From contig NC_085845.1 in the NCBI RefSeq assembly GCF_035594765.1, positions 108,246,024 through 108,310,023 of the forward strand: a stretch of DNA of 64,000 nucleotides, written 5' to 3'. Every line of letters starts with the position of its first letter. Within the stretch, counting starts at the first letter, position 1. A program made the position numbers and the translations under genes. The stretch is from Anolis carolinensis (lineage: Eukaryota). This document shows, in pieces, positions 61,411 to 64,000 of the stretch. A model generated the notes under the pieces. The model was not told where the DNA came from, did no database searches, and was given only the letters and a program-made list of their open reading frames with translations.

Positions 61411-63333
61411 GTATGGTTTTATGAATATTTGTGAAGTGCAACTTTTGAAAATAAAAGTGTAAATCGCAATCAAGATGCTATTTCAAATAATTATTATTAT
61501 ATTTATTTATAGCCTGCTTTTTCTCTCTGCAAAAGAGACTCAATGCGGCTTACAGCAAAATCAGTGCAATACAATTCAAATCTAAAAATATACAAATATT
61601 TAAAAAAATTCAAAAAGACATAATGCTCTTATCTACAAGGGATATGTTCCTGAAGTTATTGTGGAAATAGAAAACCATGGATAATAGCAAAATCCATTTA
61701 AATTAAAAACTTCAGAAATTGTCATGGAGTTTCAATGGAGGACTGTAACAAATTGCAAAAAGTGCTATCCTCTTAAGAATTTGCTAGGTCCTCCAATGTG
61801 ACTATGGTAACCTTCGGTGGAAGTGTACCAGAGAATCACCTGGAGGACCTAGAATATTCCTAGCAAGGATATATTTTGTCAGATTGTGGATAGATTAACA
61901 AATGGGTAGAGGGGTCATTTTGAAAATTTGTGCTTATTTCAATTAGGGCTATCAGTTTAGTCCCCTATCCTTTTGAAAGGGGATGTCGTGAGTCATATCT
62001 ATTGCCTCTTCTGCAAGATTATGCAACTCCTCCCAACTCAGCTTCTTACTTTAATGTGAATATCTGAAGTGGCAAAGCTATTGCATAGATACCTTTATGT
62101 GATGGAATGGAAAATATGTGGCCTTGGGGCAATTTGGTGGAACTCTGAATCAAGAATGGTTAAATTATTAATACATGTTAGGGCACAGGCCTAGAAGAAT
62201 TATTTGCTTTCAGCAGAAACTGGTAAGAAAGAAAGAATGTCCTAGTATTAAAACAGTTCAAATCAGTAATCTTTGTGAATAAGAGCCTTTTGCCATTGAT
62301 TTTTCCTGTGATGCAGTTTGGGGGTGACTGCTTGTCACTTCAAGCAAATTGTGTATAAAGCTTTAATTTCATCATTCCATCTTCTGGCTCTGTTCAGGCA
62401 CTAGGCCTTTACATAGAAGAATGCTATATGTAAGAAGCACGGGGCTGCATGTACTACTCCACCCTCCCTGTTGCAATGTCCTTTTCAGTCTTTGTTGCGA
62501 CTGGGGAGGTTGGGATGGGCTCTTGTCTGTTTGATAAAATTTGCTGCTTAACCCAATGGAAGCATCAAGATTGGTCATGCCCTCTGTAGTCCACATGGTG
62601 AGAAGATCAGGGATGTTGGGAGCAGGCCTCACATGTGCTCCTACACAGGCAGTCCCCGGGTTACAAACAAGGTAGATTATGTAGGCTTGTTCTTAAGTTG
62701 AATGTGTATGTAACTCCAGCCCAGAATATATATTTTAAATTTTGCAAGGCACAGGGAAGGGTTAACACCCCTGTAATGTTTGTTTTGTTGTCTGTGTCCC
62801 TGTGATAATTAAATTTTGAAAATGTGGGTTGTTGTGGAAACAAGGATTGGTGTTAAAGCTTTAGTGGGAAGACATATTTTTACCATGATAACTCTTCCAG
62901 GAGTGAATTTCCTTTTCAAGGGGGAAATTTCTTCTTACTTCCTATTGTCTGGCCCCTGTTACTATGAGTTGAATGTAAGTCGGATGTTTGCAATTTGCCT
63001 GTATGTTTATTATGTATTTTCTGTTTCTTATTCAAATACAATTTCAAAACTCTTGTTTCTGTATTTTCTGCAAGTGGGTAATCTTATATTTAGCTTGTAG
63101 AATATTCTTGTCAGAACAAGGGACATGCAATGTCATGTTTTCTGTTTGTTTGTGTGTATATATAGGTGGGGGTTTGTTGTAGAGGGGATACCAGTCAGAA
63201 GAACAGTATAAACCAGTGCCTGGTAAAATTGCTGATAGTAAAATGTTGAACTACATAGACATGAGAATCTGTATCTTTCATTCACATCTGATGACATACA
63301 TGTGATTTGCCCATCTGTTGTCTGTATCTGCAG

Positions 63334-63458
63334 CGGTGGCATTTCCATTAAGCCGTCTTCCAACATGGATGCCATGAGAGCGGATATGGGAGGAGCAGCT
63401 ACCATCTGTTCAGCCATCATAACAGCTGCAGAATTAAAGCTGCCCCTTAATATGATTG
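63334..63458 (+). CDS. LAP3: LAP3 exon 8 (gene continues beyond window)
   Basis: ctgcag|(S)GGISIKPSSNMDAMRADMGGAATICSAIITAAELKLPLNMI|gtaagt; 125 nt. Confidence 0.97.
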
Positions 63459-63749
63459 GTAAGTATAAGGGAAGCGTTGATCAAACATGTGTGAAGAATG
63501 TCAGGAATAGAAACACTTATCAAGAGGCAGTGTTACAAGCTCACATTAAAAACATAGGCACCTGAACATATGCTACCTCATAGCTGTGGCCCTTTTCCAA
63601 GTATTCATGCAGGACTCACATATAAGAATGCCTCCTTTTCCTGCTTGTTTTTTCTCAGGTTTCTCCCCCACCCCACTCCCGATGAGAGCTACTCTGGCTC
63701 AATTATGAATCAAACACACTCTGTAGTTGAAAGAGTTCTCAGTTTTTGA

Positions 63750-64000
63750 AATTTGTTTTTCTTATTGTTTTGTTGTTTTATCCCACTCCCACCCTCCCCT
63801 CCTTGTACATACAATTTATACAACAAACTACAGAAGTTACAGTTGAAATATCAATCTCAATCTTAATTTTTCCACTCCACATCTTAGTACATTATCTAAA
63901 TAGTTCTTAACTGCTTCCCACATCCCCTTGATTATTGCAATCTTTTCAATTTTATCTATATTATTCCATTTACAATTTGTTATTTCCACATTTAACATAT
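63750..64000 (-). mobile_element. Probable L1 3' end
   Basis: T-rich tail on plus strand; minus-strand WEAVKNYL resembles the ORF2 terminus of the other L1 copies. Confidence 0.5.

Overview
Vertebrate genomic DNA, almost certainly a squamate and most likely Anolis (inferred from Sauria SINE, Anolis SINE2-type, Penelope and Helitron repeats). The window holds the conserved syntenic trio QDPR (minus strand, exons 1-7, 3' end runs off the left edge), CLRN2 (plus, complete, 3 coding exons, 232 aa) and LAP3 (plus, coding exons 1-8, continues off the right edge). All exons were placed by hand with GT-AG boundaries and consistent phases. Introns and intergenic DNA are rich in transposable elements. 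Between QDPR and CLRN2 lies a deep nest: Penelope contains L1, which contains both a composite Helitron (carrying MITE-in-MITE, a SINE and Penelope pieces) and a near-intact BEL/Pao pol plus its 3' LTR. The best leads are: a candidate TATA-driven, in-frame alternative first exon in LAP3 intron 1; a solo LTR with a 131-aa ORF in U3; an intact Penelope hammerhead ribozyme core in QDPR intron 2; an unclassified decayed compact-ORF region with a CRE/CCAAT promoter module upstream of CLRN2; and a perfect 72-bp locally templated inversion. No database searches were run. Family names come from recognising motifs and remembered consensus sequences.
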